A DNA stretch of 64,000 bases from Octopus bimaculoides (GCF_001194135.2 NC_068983.1:54035840-54099839), one strand, 5' to 3'. Counted from the first letter of the stretch, positions 23,749-36,506 are shown. The notes: generated by a model not told the origin, from the sequence alone. Translations and numbers: made by a program.

Positions 23749-25325
23749 ATATCTCATTCCAACTTATTTTCCTCTCAACAACCTGTTCCTCCTATCTTGT
23801 CATCTGTCCTTGTTGAATACATTGGACCTAATTACGCTCTCTTCTCTCTGCTTCCCTCATTTTGATGCTGTTGCTAACAACAGATCTGCATTCACTCCGC
23901 ATCATACTTGCAAATGGTCTGAACTGATCTGCACCAAAACCAAATCTCTTCCAATGATTTTGCATTGCACCCACCATATCTCTGTGTAAGAGAAGACAAG
24001 ATGTCATCAGTCTCTGCTTGTTTTCCACTTCCTTGCTGTTTTCACAACTGGTGGATTATGCCTGATTTCCATGTCCTTCGATTCTCTCAGCATTATCACC
24101 ATTCGTCTCTTCCCCAGTTTATATATTTCGACTATTGACACCAGTGGTAACTGCAACAAGCCTCTTTTACGATGAAGAGCTGAACTGTTCAACATCCAAA
24201 GTAGGCCTAGCCACTTTCTGATGAACACATTACATCTTTGTTCAATGATCTGAACTCGTGACAATGCTACCTTGTATATTAACAATGGCCACGAAAGTCG
24301 TGGATACAAAACGAACTGCAAGCACCAAATTTTATATTTACCTGGTAATTTTGAGTTATCAATTGCTGATAATCCAACCACAACTTGTTTCATAATTTCC
24401 ATTCGGCAACTCCTATCTGACAATGTTCCAGCATATACTCGCCCCAAGCTCTTGACGGGTTCTTCTTTGACTGTTAGAATGTTTTCTTCAGCTATTCGAA
24501 ACTTAAATTCTTTCTGCACTCCCTTAACAAATGTCAGACTATGCAATTTTTTTGTTCTAAACTGCATCCTTGACCACCTCACCAGCTCGTCTAGTCTCAA
24601 GAGAGCATTCTGCATGATTTGCTTATCTATAGATAAAAGTGTCACGTCATCCATGAAGGCTTTCTTAGGCGATTGTACATGAGTGATTTATTCCGAAAAA
24701 TCCATGACTTTCAAAATCATCTCCATGATTAAGATAAACCATGTGACATATTGTACAGCCAGCAGCAATGCCAATCTCCAATTGGTGCCAATCTGTTGTA
24801 AAATCTCCAGCTGTAAACCTCATCTCAAAACTATCATAATACAGCCTCATTATTTTGGTTACTTTGTCTGGAATGTGGAAGTGGTCCATGGCTCTCATCA
24901 GTAATTCGTGTGGCACTGAGCCATATGCATTAGCTAGGTCAAGCCATACCATGTTCAGACTTCTCTTGTTCTGTTTGGCATCCTGGATCGTTTTCCAAAT
25001 CAAAAAACAGTGTTCAATGCATCCAGGGATTCCAGCCTTTTGAACAGATTCATCAACATATCCATTACTCCTTGAAAGAATTCCCATGAAGATCTTACCT
25101 TCCACATTCAATAAAGATATCAGCCTAAACTGTTTTATAGTCTCTGCATTGGCCTCCTTTGGTAGGTATATGCCTTAGTGTCCAACGCATCCAAGGATTG
25201 CGGCCTTTTGAACAGATTCAGCGACATGTCCATTACTCTGTAAATATGTCTTCATTCTCTTCGAAAGAATTCCCATAAAAATCTTGCCTTCCACATTCAA
25301 TAAGGATAGAAATCAGGAATGGTTT
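23749..25325 (-). pseudogene. Decayed HERO-clade (R2 superclade) non-LTR retrotransposon RT region
   Basis: Frameshifted ORFs give LLNVEGKIFMG, WLDLANAYGSVPH, GIAAGCTI, MDDVT, EEPVKSLGR, LPGKYKIWCLQFVLYPRLSWPLLIY, HRDMVGAMQ and QGQMTR*EEQVVERKISWNEIW. These motifs are characteristic of HERO elements. Confidence 0.88.
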
Positions 25326-26899
25326 ATGGTAAACAGAATGTCAGACAAGTTTTGCAATTTAATACCCACTTTTTATATGAGACCCAAATGCTGCAGTGTT
25401 TTTCAATCATTCTAAAGTAGTTCTCAGCTTTTTGCAATTCAGTCCTTTTCACAAAATGGATTTAGGAACAAGATTATTTAGAATAAACATTTCTATGATG
25501 CATCTTAGATGTGAATGAAATCATTTAAACAGAAGCCAAATTGAGAAGAACTGGTCGTTAATAAGTTCTGACTTCCTTAGTGTTAAACCAAATTAAACAG
25601 AAATTCCACTCTTCCTGGACAAGGTGTCTAGAATAAATTGCATTGATATTGTTTTTGACTGTGTGCGTGCATGCAAATGAGTGAACTAAGGTGATATTGT
25701 TTTGTCCAAAAACAAAATACTTAGTAGATTTGAACTCATTATCAACAAGTTGGCAGTTTATTTTTTCTTTATTCATTTTTACTTTTTGTAAACAATCAAA
25801 TGAGTGTAAAACTCTTGAAGTGTGTGACTGGCAAGAATACTTATCTGAAGCTGCCATCTGCTTCACTTACATATACATTCTGCATGCATACATATGCATG
25901 CACGCAAGCACACACACACACACACACACGTACACATATATAATCATCATGAACATGACTTTAAAAAAAGGCAAGTTAAAGGTGATAAAAACACAAAAGA
26001 TAAAAGGCCAGTAGAGATAAAATGAAAGGTCTGTGTTTGTGTGTATGTGTCAGCGTGCATGTACACATGTCAGTGACTTAAGTGAGAGAATGAAAGATAT
26101 AGTAAATGAAACACATACAAACACAGATATATTTACGTATATACATACATGGTGAAAAACACAAACGAAAACAAGCACAGATAAAATAGTGAACAAACAG
26201 GGAAACAAATGGTAGATATTAAAAAAGCATAATTTTAAAAATAGAACATTAAGCATATGAACTTTATACTAAAACAAAAAACTGGATACACAACAAAGAA
26301 ACAAAAAATTAAAGTCGTTTGACTAAGAGATTTATTTTTAGAAAAATCTTAGATGAAAGATAAGATAATTTTACATTTTTGTCAATAAGACATCAAATTA
26401 TTAATCATCTCAGGCAACTTTGATTATTAATTTTAGATTTGATTGCTGAAAATGGAAAATCAGTGTTTTTGCCAGATGGTGAGATTCAAGATTTTTAATA
26501 CTTAAATAAGATGAGGGGTGGGTTAACATGCAGTTTGAGGGTTAACCCTTTGCCTGTCCAAAGTATTTTTACAAGTTCATAGTAAAAGACATTTGCCAAA
26601 GAGTACCAAGCGGCGGATTGACTCCAAAACCAAAGAGTTTCAATGTGAAATTCTTAATCATACCTCTCGACATGTGCCAATGGAAACCAGAGCTAATTAC
26701 CTTTTTAAAAAACCGTTTGACCCCATGGGCTGTGGGAGTCATTTGAGGTGGAGATAGATTGTTAACTAAAACGAGCATTTTAACCTTTCCAAGATAGTAT
26801 GATGTCTGCTTCATAGCAATAACATTAACAGTGAATGGAAACTACAAACTATCAGCTTTTAAATATGCATGAACATTTTAAATATACATCCATCTCCTT

Positions 26900-27290
26900 T
26901 CTCCCTCATGTAGTTTGTTCTCTCTCTCTCTCTCATGTTATCTGTTCTCTTTCTCTTACATAATTTTCTTCCTCTCTCATTTTTACTTCTCCTCTGCTGT
27001 CTTTCACACATCAGTCATTCTCCCTGTCTCTCGCATCATTCGTTCTTTCTGCTCTCTCTCATGCATGTCATTCGTTCTTTCTATCTCTCTCTCTCTTTAC
27101 TCCTTCTCTTTTTTTGTCTTACTATTTGTTCTCCCCCTCCCTCTCGCAATTCATTCCCTTTCTCTCTTTCTCCCTCCATTCATTATTTCTTTTACTTTCT
27201 TACTCAATCACTACGATTTATCATTCATTTTCTCTCTCACCCCACTTTCTCCTTTATCTTCTCTCGTGCTCTCTGTGTTCTCATGATAAC
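26900..27290. repeat. CT-rich (polypyrimidine) low-complexity tract
   Basis: About 390 nt dominated by C and T with degenerate (CT)n. Confidence 0.85.
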
Positions 27291-27838
27291 CCCTTTTACT
27301 AAACAGCAATCAGTAATGCGGAACTGGACAATTACCTTTCATAAATATGCAGACTTTTATCACTTGTCATAAATCTACCAAAGGATAATTAATACAGTTC
27401 CTTCTTTGTCAGCTTCCAATACATCTCTCAATAGACAGTAGGCAGGCAGGCAGGCAGGCAAGCACACGTTAGCAAGCTTTGATTGGCTGATAAAAGATTT
27501 TCAGAAAATGCTTGGCCAGTGTAGATTCAATAATTAAAAAAACAAGAAAAAAACAAAAAATGGAACAGACTACCACGCGTTTCATAACATCTCAGCCAAG
27601 CATCTTCATCTATAATCTTAGCATCTTCATCTATAGCCCTACCTTCCATCGTGTGACATTTAGTGTTGATTTGTTTATGTTGGATCTTTTCTGTTTGGTT
27701 TTCGATCTTTTCTGTTTGGTTGTAGCCAAACAGAAAAGACCCTTTATATCCCTATAATTTAGGTACTTGGTAATAGAGACTGATAAAATAAGTACAAGAC
27801 TTAAGAAAGGGTACTGAGGTTGACTTGTTTGACTAAAC

Positions 27839-28328
27839 CAGGGCTGGCCAACCTGAGGCCTACTGGCTGCATGCGGCCCACCAACTTTTATCTTGCAGCC
27901 TGCTCGATACTTTCTTGAAATGGGTTTATTTAAACAAACATTTAAAAAATTAAAGATTGTAATGAAAAGTAAAAAAGAAAGATACTACTCTCTTTGCAAC
28001 GATAATATTTCCTGTTGAATCAATGGTCATTCATTCATTATTGTAATAATAGCATGAGAAAGCAAAATGCTTTCAATTCTGTCAGTATACAAGTCATCAT
28101 CATCATCATCGTTTAACGTCTGCTTTCCATGATAGCTTGGGTTGGATGATTTGACTGGGGACTGGCAAGCCAGAAGGCTGCACCAGGCTCCAATCTTATC
28201 TGGCAGAGTTTCTACAGCTGGATGCCCTTCCTAACGCCAACCACTCCGAGAGTGTCAACTACTCCAGCCCTCAAAAAAAACTTTGTGATTAATGTGGCCC
28301 GCAATGTAATTAGAGTTGGCCAGGCCTG
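27839..28328. mobile_element. hAT MITE with perfect 8-bp TSD, inserted in SINE-A and carrying a nested RTE end
   Basis: TSD GACTAAAC at 27831-27838 and 28329-28336. TIRs CAGGGCTGGCCAAC / GTTGGCCAGGCCTG. Confidence 0.92.
28090..28262 (-). mobile_element. RTE LINE 3' end nested in the hAT MITE
   Basis: (CAT)n CGTTTAACGTCTGCTTTCCATG...GGATGCCCTTCCTAACGCCAACC. Confidence 0.85.
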
Positions 28329-29179
28329 GACTAAACCTTTCCAGACCTTGACATGGTTACACTCCAATGACTGAAAAAAGCAACAGGTAAGGTGAAGTGA
28401 CATAAATAGGTTAAAGGTGAGAATTTAATCAATTCAGGTAGGTAGGTAGGTGGTGATGTACTGAATGACAGATGCAAAAGAATTGTCAACGGATTGAAAT
28501 ATGCCTTTTCATTTGGTATACTATGCTGATGAGGTTTAATAAGTCCAAAACATGTTTGCAGCTGTTTTACTCATGAATATATGATTGGTCTTAAGTATAA
28601 ATTGAAATATTTGTGCAATTAACTTCAATAAATTACCTTCTCTCTCTTTTGAAAGTCTCTAACAATTGACGCTAGGTGTTTTTCTTTCTTCAATGAAGAG
28701 GGAAATTTTAAGAATATGTCATCCAATACATAAAAACCTCCAAGAATTATCTAAGTTACTGCTATTGGAATTTCCTCACCATCGTCGTTTTAACATCCAT
28801 TTTTCCATGCTGGCATGAGTTGCATGAAATTTATGGGAGAATTTTCTGTGACTGGAAGACCTTCTTGCCCCCATAATCCACAATTGCTTCTAAGTAGGGT
28901 AATATTTCCCCACCCCTGTGACTGAAAATATTTTCATGGAAGATTGGAGAGTAAAGACACGGCTTCTATAACAGTAACACTCGTTTACAACTATCATGCT
29001 ATGTCAAGATGAGGAGGTACAAATGAACGCACATGAAAACGCACATGCACATTCTCTTTCTGTCTCTCTCTCTCACACAGTAGGCTTCTTTAGGTTTCCT
29101 TCTAAGAAATTCACCCCAAAAGCTTTGGTTAACTCGGAGCTAAAGTGAAAGACATTTATCCAAGGTGCCAATCAGTTAT

Positions 29180-29712
29180 TATTATTATTGAGTGAGAGAG
29201 CAGTGCATGTTTTCAAAGTGACACTGGGGTGAAATATACAAAGCCCATTATACCCATCATGACTACCTGTCTGATAAGGGTACACCAGGCACATGCATCA
29301 CAATCATTTTTGCACGACATGGTAATCTCATATCAAAATAAACAGCGCATGACCTTGCAGGTGGGGCCCAGTTAGAATTTTCTTCAGGTCGAGTAGCCCA
29401 TCCTGCTCAAACGGCCCTTGAATAAGGGTTGTTTAAGGGTGTTGAATGAAACACGTAGGTTTCCAGAGGTGAATTATTCAAACTCCAAAGAATTCCTCTC
29501 AACACATGGCTATGATGCTCCCCCACTACTTCTGCTCGTGATCAGAGATGCACATACCGTCAGCCACAAAGAGACATGCTCAACTGGTTAAGGTCAGGCA
29601 AATCTGTGGTATTGAGCAGAATATTTACTGAAGCTCATCTTTTATACCAAGACAAAACAATGTACATGATAACACTTCCAGTCAGTTAAGACCCACTGTC
29701 TGGTACTGCATC
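29180..29712 (-). mobile_element. Unclassified ~500-bp retroposon (family D) with (TAA)n tail
   Basis: High identity with 51185-51670. Both begin (TTA)n TTGAGTGAGAGAGCAGTGCATG on the plus strand. Confidence 0.8.
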
Positions 29713-30782
29713 AGGGTATTTTATTATTATTACTATTATTTTTATTGTTTACTTTTAATCTGCATGTTTGTTACAGTCACTTGCTGAGACACACCCAGCA
29801 TCTTGGGGCAAGTGAAGGATAAGAGATGTTACAGTATGACTGAAAATTTGGGGAGGGGAAGTGACAGGGGCAGAATTGAAATATCTTCATAAAATATAAC
29901 ACAGACATTTAAATGGGTAGTGTTTTTCTAAGGACGTGGGCAGTGCTTGTCAGCACAATCTTTTGGATTTCTCTGAGACTTGTTTCTCCTGGAATCTTAT
30001 CTAGATGTTTCTGACATCCCTCTTTTATCATACCTAGGGCATCTACAATAGCAGGAACAGTTCTTGCTTTAAGATGCCACATCTTTTGTATTTCAATTTC
30101 CAGGCTTTATATTTACTTAGTTTGTCAAATTCCTTTATACATATATTCTTATCAGTGGGAACACTTACATCTATTAGTCTACAAGTATTTTCTTCCCTGG
30201 CTTTAATAATTATGTCTGGTCAATTAGCCTGGATCGTTCTGTCAGCTTTGACTGGAAAATCCCAGAGGATAGTAACATTTCTACCTTCAACGACTGGCTC
30301 AGGATGATGTTCATACCAGTAAGCAGGAGTTCTGATTTTGTAGTGCTTATTGTTATTATTATTCCTGAATCAAGGGGTGATGAGGCCCAAGGTACTCCAA
30401 TTTTAGTTGGCCCTCATTCACAAAATATACAGATCACCAAATCTACTGTAGTCTGTTTATTGTATGTAATCAGAATTGACATGATAAACATACATAGACA
30501 TGCAAAGGTTAAATGCAAAAACAAACACAAAACCTGCTGTTTATAATAAATGTTAAAAAAAAGAAATAAATATGAAAATGCTTGAATCTTAAATGTTATA
30601 TATAAATGTTAAATGCCAAACCTGACAAGTTAATTTAGCTGAGTTGCCACAAAGGTTTTTAATAAATGTAAAGGGTGAGACAGAAAAACGCCCCATAGTT
30701 TGTATGGCCATTGATGTGACGCTAATAAAGTTAGTCAAATATTAACAATACCTTCGTGTAGCTAATCTGTTATCGTTTTCCT

Positions 30783-32097
30783 TTATTACCTTGTGCATGT
30801 AAGCAAAAGCAGGGTATTGTAATCACTCGTCTTTGTTTGTCTGTGTTTGCAAAATTACTGGAAAACGGCTGAACGGATTTTCACCACATTTGGCAGAAAA
30901 ACTCATTGGCTCGAAACGATGAACATTTGGTTTGATTATCTTAAAAAAAAAAAAAAAAATTCTAAATTGAACTTACAAATTTCCTGATTAGCAAGTGGTT
31001 ATATTATTTTGTTCACTTTCTTTTTCATATGAATCGACCCTCGTCTGCATGTGTATAGATCAAGGTGTACCTATGCGCATAGATACATATGCATACATAC
31101 GCGACTGCGTGTGCCCATGTGTACAGTGATGGATTCGAGGATTACGTTTATTTATGAGTTGATTTCTTAATGTCACCAGAGTATAAATACCTAAAATGGC
31201 GATACTTAATTCACGACTTGATTTCTTAATTTCTCTGGAGTATAAATCCCTATAATGGTGAACTTTAAAAAAAATTTGAAAAATTTGAAATCGATCTTAC
31301 AAATTTCCCGATAAGCAAGTGGTCATATTTTGTTCACTTTCTTTTTCATATGTATCGACCCTTGTCTGCATGTGTATAGATCTTGATGTACCTATCCGCG
31401 TAGATACGTGTGAGTACATACATACGTAAATATCTAAATCCTCGAGTATAGTCCGCCCTTGAGTATAATACGCAGGGGATTTTTAGGGGGCTGTACCTCT
31501 GAAAAACTTAAATCTTGTGTATAATACGCACCCTTCTCTAACTTGAGTGAAGGAGGTCTATATAACGTCCTTGGTTTGTAAACGTATTTATGGTAACGTC
31601 CTTTATTATTATTGTATATATAACATAATGCAAATGTGTAGCTTTTTGTGCACTTTGTTTGCAGAAAATAAAGAAATAACAGTAATAACGTCAGGGAAAA
31701 ATAAATATTAAGTAAATTGCCTTTCACATATTTATCACTTAGAAAATTTTGCTTAGAAAATATTTAAAATTTTTAACCTCGTATATAGTACGCACTAGAA
31801 ATTTTGACCTTAAATTTTGGGAAAAAAGTGCGGATTATACTCGAGGATTTACGGTACATACATAGATATGAGACTGTGTGTGTACTCTGAGGGATTCGAG
31901 GGTTTCGTTTATTTACGAGTTGATTTCTTAATTTCACCGGAGTATAAATATCTATAATGGTGATACTTTAAAAAAATAAGTTAATGCAGTTCAATTTAAA
32001 AGCATGGGTAAGCAGCGCGTGTTAACCACACTATAATTTGCGGAAAAATTTATCTGTACGCAGGGTATGCATCGCCCCTCCAATGCCTTTGTTTTTT
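30783..32097 (+). mobile_element. DINE-1/HINE-like non-autonomous Helentron (rolling-circle) element
   Basis: 5' hairpin ATTACCTTGTGC...GCAGGGTAT (30785-30817), GTCT/GTTT microsatellite, AAAACGGCTGAACGGATTTTCACC, two ~330-nt internal repeats, 3' subTIR GCAGGGTAT followed by a short GCAT...ATGC stem and a T-run (32060-32097). Confidence 0.7.
31424..31854. mobile_element. Tc1/mariner superfamily (Tc2/pogo-like) MITE nested in the HINE
   Basis: TIRs TAAATCCTCGAGTATAGTCCGC / GCGGATTATACTCGAGGATTTACGG|TA. Inserted in a (CATA)n tract; left TIR partly disrupted. Confidence 0.82.
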
Positions 32098-32229
32098 CAT
32101 TTGTTATTGTAATGATTTAGATCTTTATACATTTGCGATTGTTCTTGAAACATTTGTCAACTGCTGAAATTTGTAAAGTTGTAGCAGGGATTCGAAACCG
32201 AATTTCTGAATACGCAATCAGACCTCACG

Positions 32230-32560
32230 AGCAAACCACAACAGTTTCACGAGATTGGTCTATTAAACAACCAATCAGCGTCAAGTCGCCGCGTGAATCA
32301 ATTTTCTAAAATCTTCTTTTTGTGCCTGATATAAAGTCGCTTTTAACGCCAAAACCCTTTGTAGAACATTGAAACTGGCCGACTCATTCACACATCTCAC
32401 CGGGCAATGTGTTGAAGGCGGTTTAAACAAAATGCTCCTCCACTCTTGCCAAGGAGATTTGCGCTGACATCTCCAGGTTTTTAGACAGACCGAACCAAAC
32501 ATTCACGCAATATCTCGAAAGTAACTTCCTTTGACGTGGCGCTGTTTTTCCACCTCTCCC
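32230..32560. promoter_or_regulatory. Candidate CpG-rich promoter
   Basis: Unique sequence with inverted CCAAT boxes (GATTGG ~32244, CCAATC ~32271), GCCGCGTG, and TGACGTGG ~32532. About 27 CpG in 32161-32820 by hand count. Confidence 0.45.
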
Positions 32561-33599
32561 AGTATGAAATATTGCTGTTATTATTTGCAAAAGACCAATA
32601 CAGTCAAAACTCTTTATGCAATAAAAAAATTTTTTCTGTCAATTGTTTGCAAGCGTTTTTAGTGAATGAAAATGTATTTCTAGAGCTGTGTGAAGAAATA
32701 ACTAACACAGCTACCGTTACTGCATTTGACGTAACGCCCAACACACTCGTGCAGAGATATTTTAGCGCATTCTGTACGAAAACCTCAGGCCAATATTTAA
32801 CAAAACAACTAAACCACATTAAACACTAAAAAAATTAATAAACTAATCTCAAATTAATTAGACTTATCTCAGATAAGAGAGCTATGAGGCGATCCCCAAC
32901 TAAGAGGCCTGAGAAATCGCCCTCTATAAATCTGTCTTTGCTCTTAGTTTGCTTGTTATATTTAGCTATATTCATCTGCCTAACAATTTAATTATAACAA
33001 AGTCGGCACTAGTATATTTTGATCTTGATAAGCTAATGAATTTTAATTAATTAAAACTACACACATAATGATGAGAACCATCATTATCTAAATGGCTAAT
33101 TATAACGTTCATATGCAAATAACATAATTGAAGAAGATATATGCACGCACACATTACATTATTTTGGAGTCTAGAATAAAATTTGCAACACACACAAATG
33201 CACAGGCACGCATACACTCGCGTGCACGCATGCAAAAGACACAAAAATGACTAAAAAGATTATCTTTTGCGTTTATTTAAACTTTACTTCAACTGACCTC
33301 CTTGATTCAAGTTGGCATGTCAAATTAGGAAACCTAGATAAGCAATTTTCGTTTGTCAGTAACGTATATTTTTTGAAGTCTTTATTTTCTCCACACACAC
33401 ACACAATATGAAATGTGTGTATATACGTAGGCTCGCACACTTGTAAAATAGGATATAGTTCTTAACTGTGTATGTGAGTGTATGCGTTACAACGCGCACA
33501 AACCTAGTTAAAAAGCAAGTTAATCACACAGCCCTTACATATATCATGCTCTAACTTCTTAATCTTCCCTCTCTCTCTACCTTTGTCATATATATCTAT

Positions 33600-33899
33600 T
33601 TCTTTATTGACCATAGGCGGGGGGGGGCAGACAAAGGGATTAAGTCGATTACATGGACGCAGTGCGTAACTGGTACTTATTTAATCGACCCCGAAAGGAT
33701 GAAGGGCAAAGTTGACCTCGGCGGAATTTGAACTCAGAACATAAAGACAAACGAAATACCGCTAAGCATTTCACCCAGCATGCTAACGTTTCTTATTTCT
33801 TTATTGCCCACAAGGGGCTACACACAGAGGGGATAAACAAGGACAGACAAAGGGATTAAGTCGATTACATGGACGCAGTGCGTAACTGGTACTTATTTA
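33600..33899 (-). mobile_element. Two tandem SINE-B copies (tail type 1), the second truncated by the gap
   Basis: GACAAAGGGATTAAGTCGATTACATGGACGCAGTGCGTAACTGGTACTTATTTA occurs identically at ~33630 and ~33846. Confidence 0.88.
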
Positions 33900-34897
33900 N
33901 NNNNNNNNNNNNNNNNNNNNNNNNNNNNNNNNNNNNNNNNNNNNNNNNNNNNNNNNNNNNNNNNNNNNNNNNNNNNNNNNNNNNNNNNNNNNNNNNNNNN
34001 NNNNNNNNNNNNNNNNNNNNNNNNNNNNNNNNNNNNNNNNNNNNNNNNNNNNNNNNNNNNNNNNNNNNNNNNNNNNNNNNNNNNNNNNNNNNNNNNNNNN
34101 NNNNNNNNNNNNNNNNNNNNNNNNNNNNNNNNNNNNNNNNNNNNNNNNNNNNNNNNNNNNNNNNNNNNNNNNNNNNNNNNNNNNNNNNNNNNNNNNNNNN
34201 NNNNNNNNNNNNNNNNNNNNNNNNNNNNNNNNNNNNNNNNNNNNNNNNNNNNNNNNNNNNNNNNNNNNNNNNNNNNNNNNNNNNNNNNNNNNNNNNNNNN
34301 NNNNNNNNNNNNNNNNNNNNNNNNNNNNNNNNNNNNNNNNNNNNNNNNNNNNNNNNNNNNNNNNNNNNNNNNNNNNNNNNNNNNNNNNNNNNNNNNNNNN
34401 NNNNNNNNNNNNNNNNNNNNNNNNNNNNNNNNNNNNNNNNNNNNNNNNNNNNNNNNNNNNNNNNNNNNNNNNNNNNNNNNNNNNNNNNNNNNNNNNNNNN
34501 NNNNNNNNNNNNNNNNNNNNNNNNNNNNNNNNNNNNNNNNNNNNNNNNNNNNNNNNNNNNNNNNNNNNNNNNNNNNNNNNNNNNNNNNNNNNNNNNNNNN
34601 NNNNNNNNNNNNNNNNNNNNNNNNNNNNNNNNNNNNNNNNNNNNNNNNNNNNNNNNNNNNNNNNNNNNNNNNNNNNNNNNNNNNNNNNNNNNNNNNNNNN
34701 NNNNNNNNNNNNNNNNNNNNNNNNNNNNNNNNNNNNNNNNNNNNNNNNNNNNNNNNNNNNNNNNNNNNNNNNNNNNNNNNNNNNNNNNNNNNNNNNNNNN
34801 NNNNNNNNNNNNNNNNNNNNNNNNNNNNNNNNNNNNNNNNNNNNNNNNNNNNNNNNNNNNNNNNNNNNNNNNNNNNNNNNNNNNNNNNNNNNNNNNN
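33900..34897. other. Assembly gap (~1 kb)
   Basis: Run of N ending in (TA)n and a SINE-A 3' half (34927-35070). Confidence 0.98.
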
Positions 34898-34929
<32 letters not shown>

Positions 34930-35571
34930 GTTTGGCAACAGGGACCGATAGAATAAGTACCAGACTTGAAAGAAAAAATGTCCTGGGGGGTCGATTCATT
35001 GGACTAAGAATTCTTCAAGGCGATTCCCCAGCATGGCCGCAGTCTAACGATTGACACAAGTAAAAGATTAACAATGTACGTGCATGCGCGCACATGCTCA
35101 CCACACACACAGTTTGCCGTCCCCGGGACCCCACAAAAAATACATATTGCACAGTGACTATATCGATTGTTGCATTTAACGGTGTGTAGTGTCCGTGTCT
35201 CGACATTAAACCCATTATTATTTGATTTCGTTACAGCAGATACAGACTTATAGCCTGCAACAGAACTCATAAAATTGCCGCCCGGAGAAGACTGCCCCCT
35301 CTAGCCACGCTAGTGATACACACACACTCCACACCACAACAACAAAAACTTGAACAAGCAAAAACAAGGAACTAATAACAGACAAACGTTATCAAAGACA
35401 GACTAAATCCGTCACACGTAGTCACGTATAGAAACAACACACATAATGACACTGTCACGCGCAAATATGTTGACGTAGAGATGATACGCACACGAGACAC
35501 TATCATGTGCACACACACGAGAGAAAATATCACGCGCGCGCGAGCGCAGACACACACACACACACAAGACT

Positions 35572-35935
35572 TGGCAGAGTCGTTAGGGCATCGGTCAAAA
35601 TATTTCGTGGTATTTCTTCCAGCTTATGTTCTAAGTTCAAATCCTGCTGAGCTCGACTTTGCCTTTTTATCTTGCTTATAAATAAATTGCGGATGGAATC
35701 GCTTGAGCGTTGAACAGGAATATTTTACAGTCGATGTTCTGTCTCTAAAGCCGCGAGCTGGCAGAATAGTTAGTACTTCGGACAAAATGCTTAGTTGCAT
35801 TTCGTCCGTCTTTATATTCCGAGTTCAAATTCGGCCGATGTAAATTATACCTTTCATCCCTTCGGGGTCGATAAAATAAGTACCAGTTGAGCACGAAATT
35901 GCTGGCCTTCTGCCAAAATTTTAAACTAATGTTCT
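35572..35935 (+). mobile_element. Two SINE-B copies (second with tail type 3)
   Basis: Heads at ~35572 and ~35750. CpGs retained. Confidence 0.8.
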
Positions 35936-36258
35936 GTCATTGTATTCTGAGTTCAAATCCGGCGTTAGCTTACTTGGTTGATGGTAAACATAATCTGTAT
36001 AAAACTCCCACTAATCATTTAAAACACTTTGTGCTTGAGACACGGGTACATTGGACACCTACCTAGGGGCCTCACGAGTTTAGAGACCAATGCAAATCTT
36101 TGTAAGCTGTAGTTGTATTTATAGGAGTCCCAGGACACTGTTTTGCCCGGGGGCCTATAGTACTGTAAAGGCGGCCCTGAAAGCACCCTGTTTCTTGAGT
36201 GCCTTTAGTGCTATAGGAAAGTGGGTTATACATCTTTAGATTGTATACCTGACTTTCC

Positions 36259-36502
36259 TATATAAAATTAAAGAATATAACGGAACGCTGAACACCAGAC
36301 TAAACAACACTTTATTTAGGTGGTAAACTTATAAACACATCTTTAGTTCTTGTTGTGAGCGAGCTGTCGAGTGTAAGTCCGAAAGATGTAGAGACAGCTT
36401 TAAACACACGTCCATGCTCAATCGCTGGCCAGCGAGAAAGAGAATGAATTGAGCGGGAAACGCTTGCTTGTTTAATTCTACGCATGCGCAGGCGTTACTA
36501 CA
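36259..36502 (-). mobile_element. Possible solo LTR
   Basis: Minus strand starts TGTAGTAACG, is CpG-rich and has AATAAA about 55 nt before the far end. No terminal CA or TSD found. Confidence 0.35.
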
Positions 36503-36506
36503 GTGC

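Noticed and set aside
26915-27372. 123-145-aa hydrophobic ORFs
   Set aside because: Translation of a CT-rich low-complexity tract (S/L/F-rich), not membrane proteins.
28340-28395. Strong donor CAG|GTAAGG at ~28390
   Set aside because: Upstream sequence is SINE-A/hAT-derived with stops; at most an exonised repeat.
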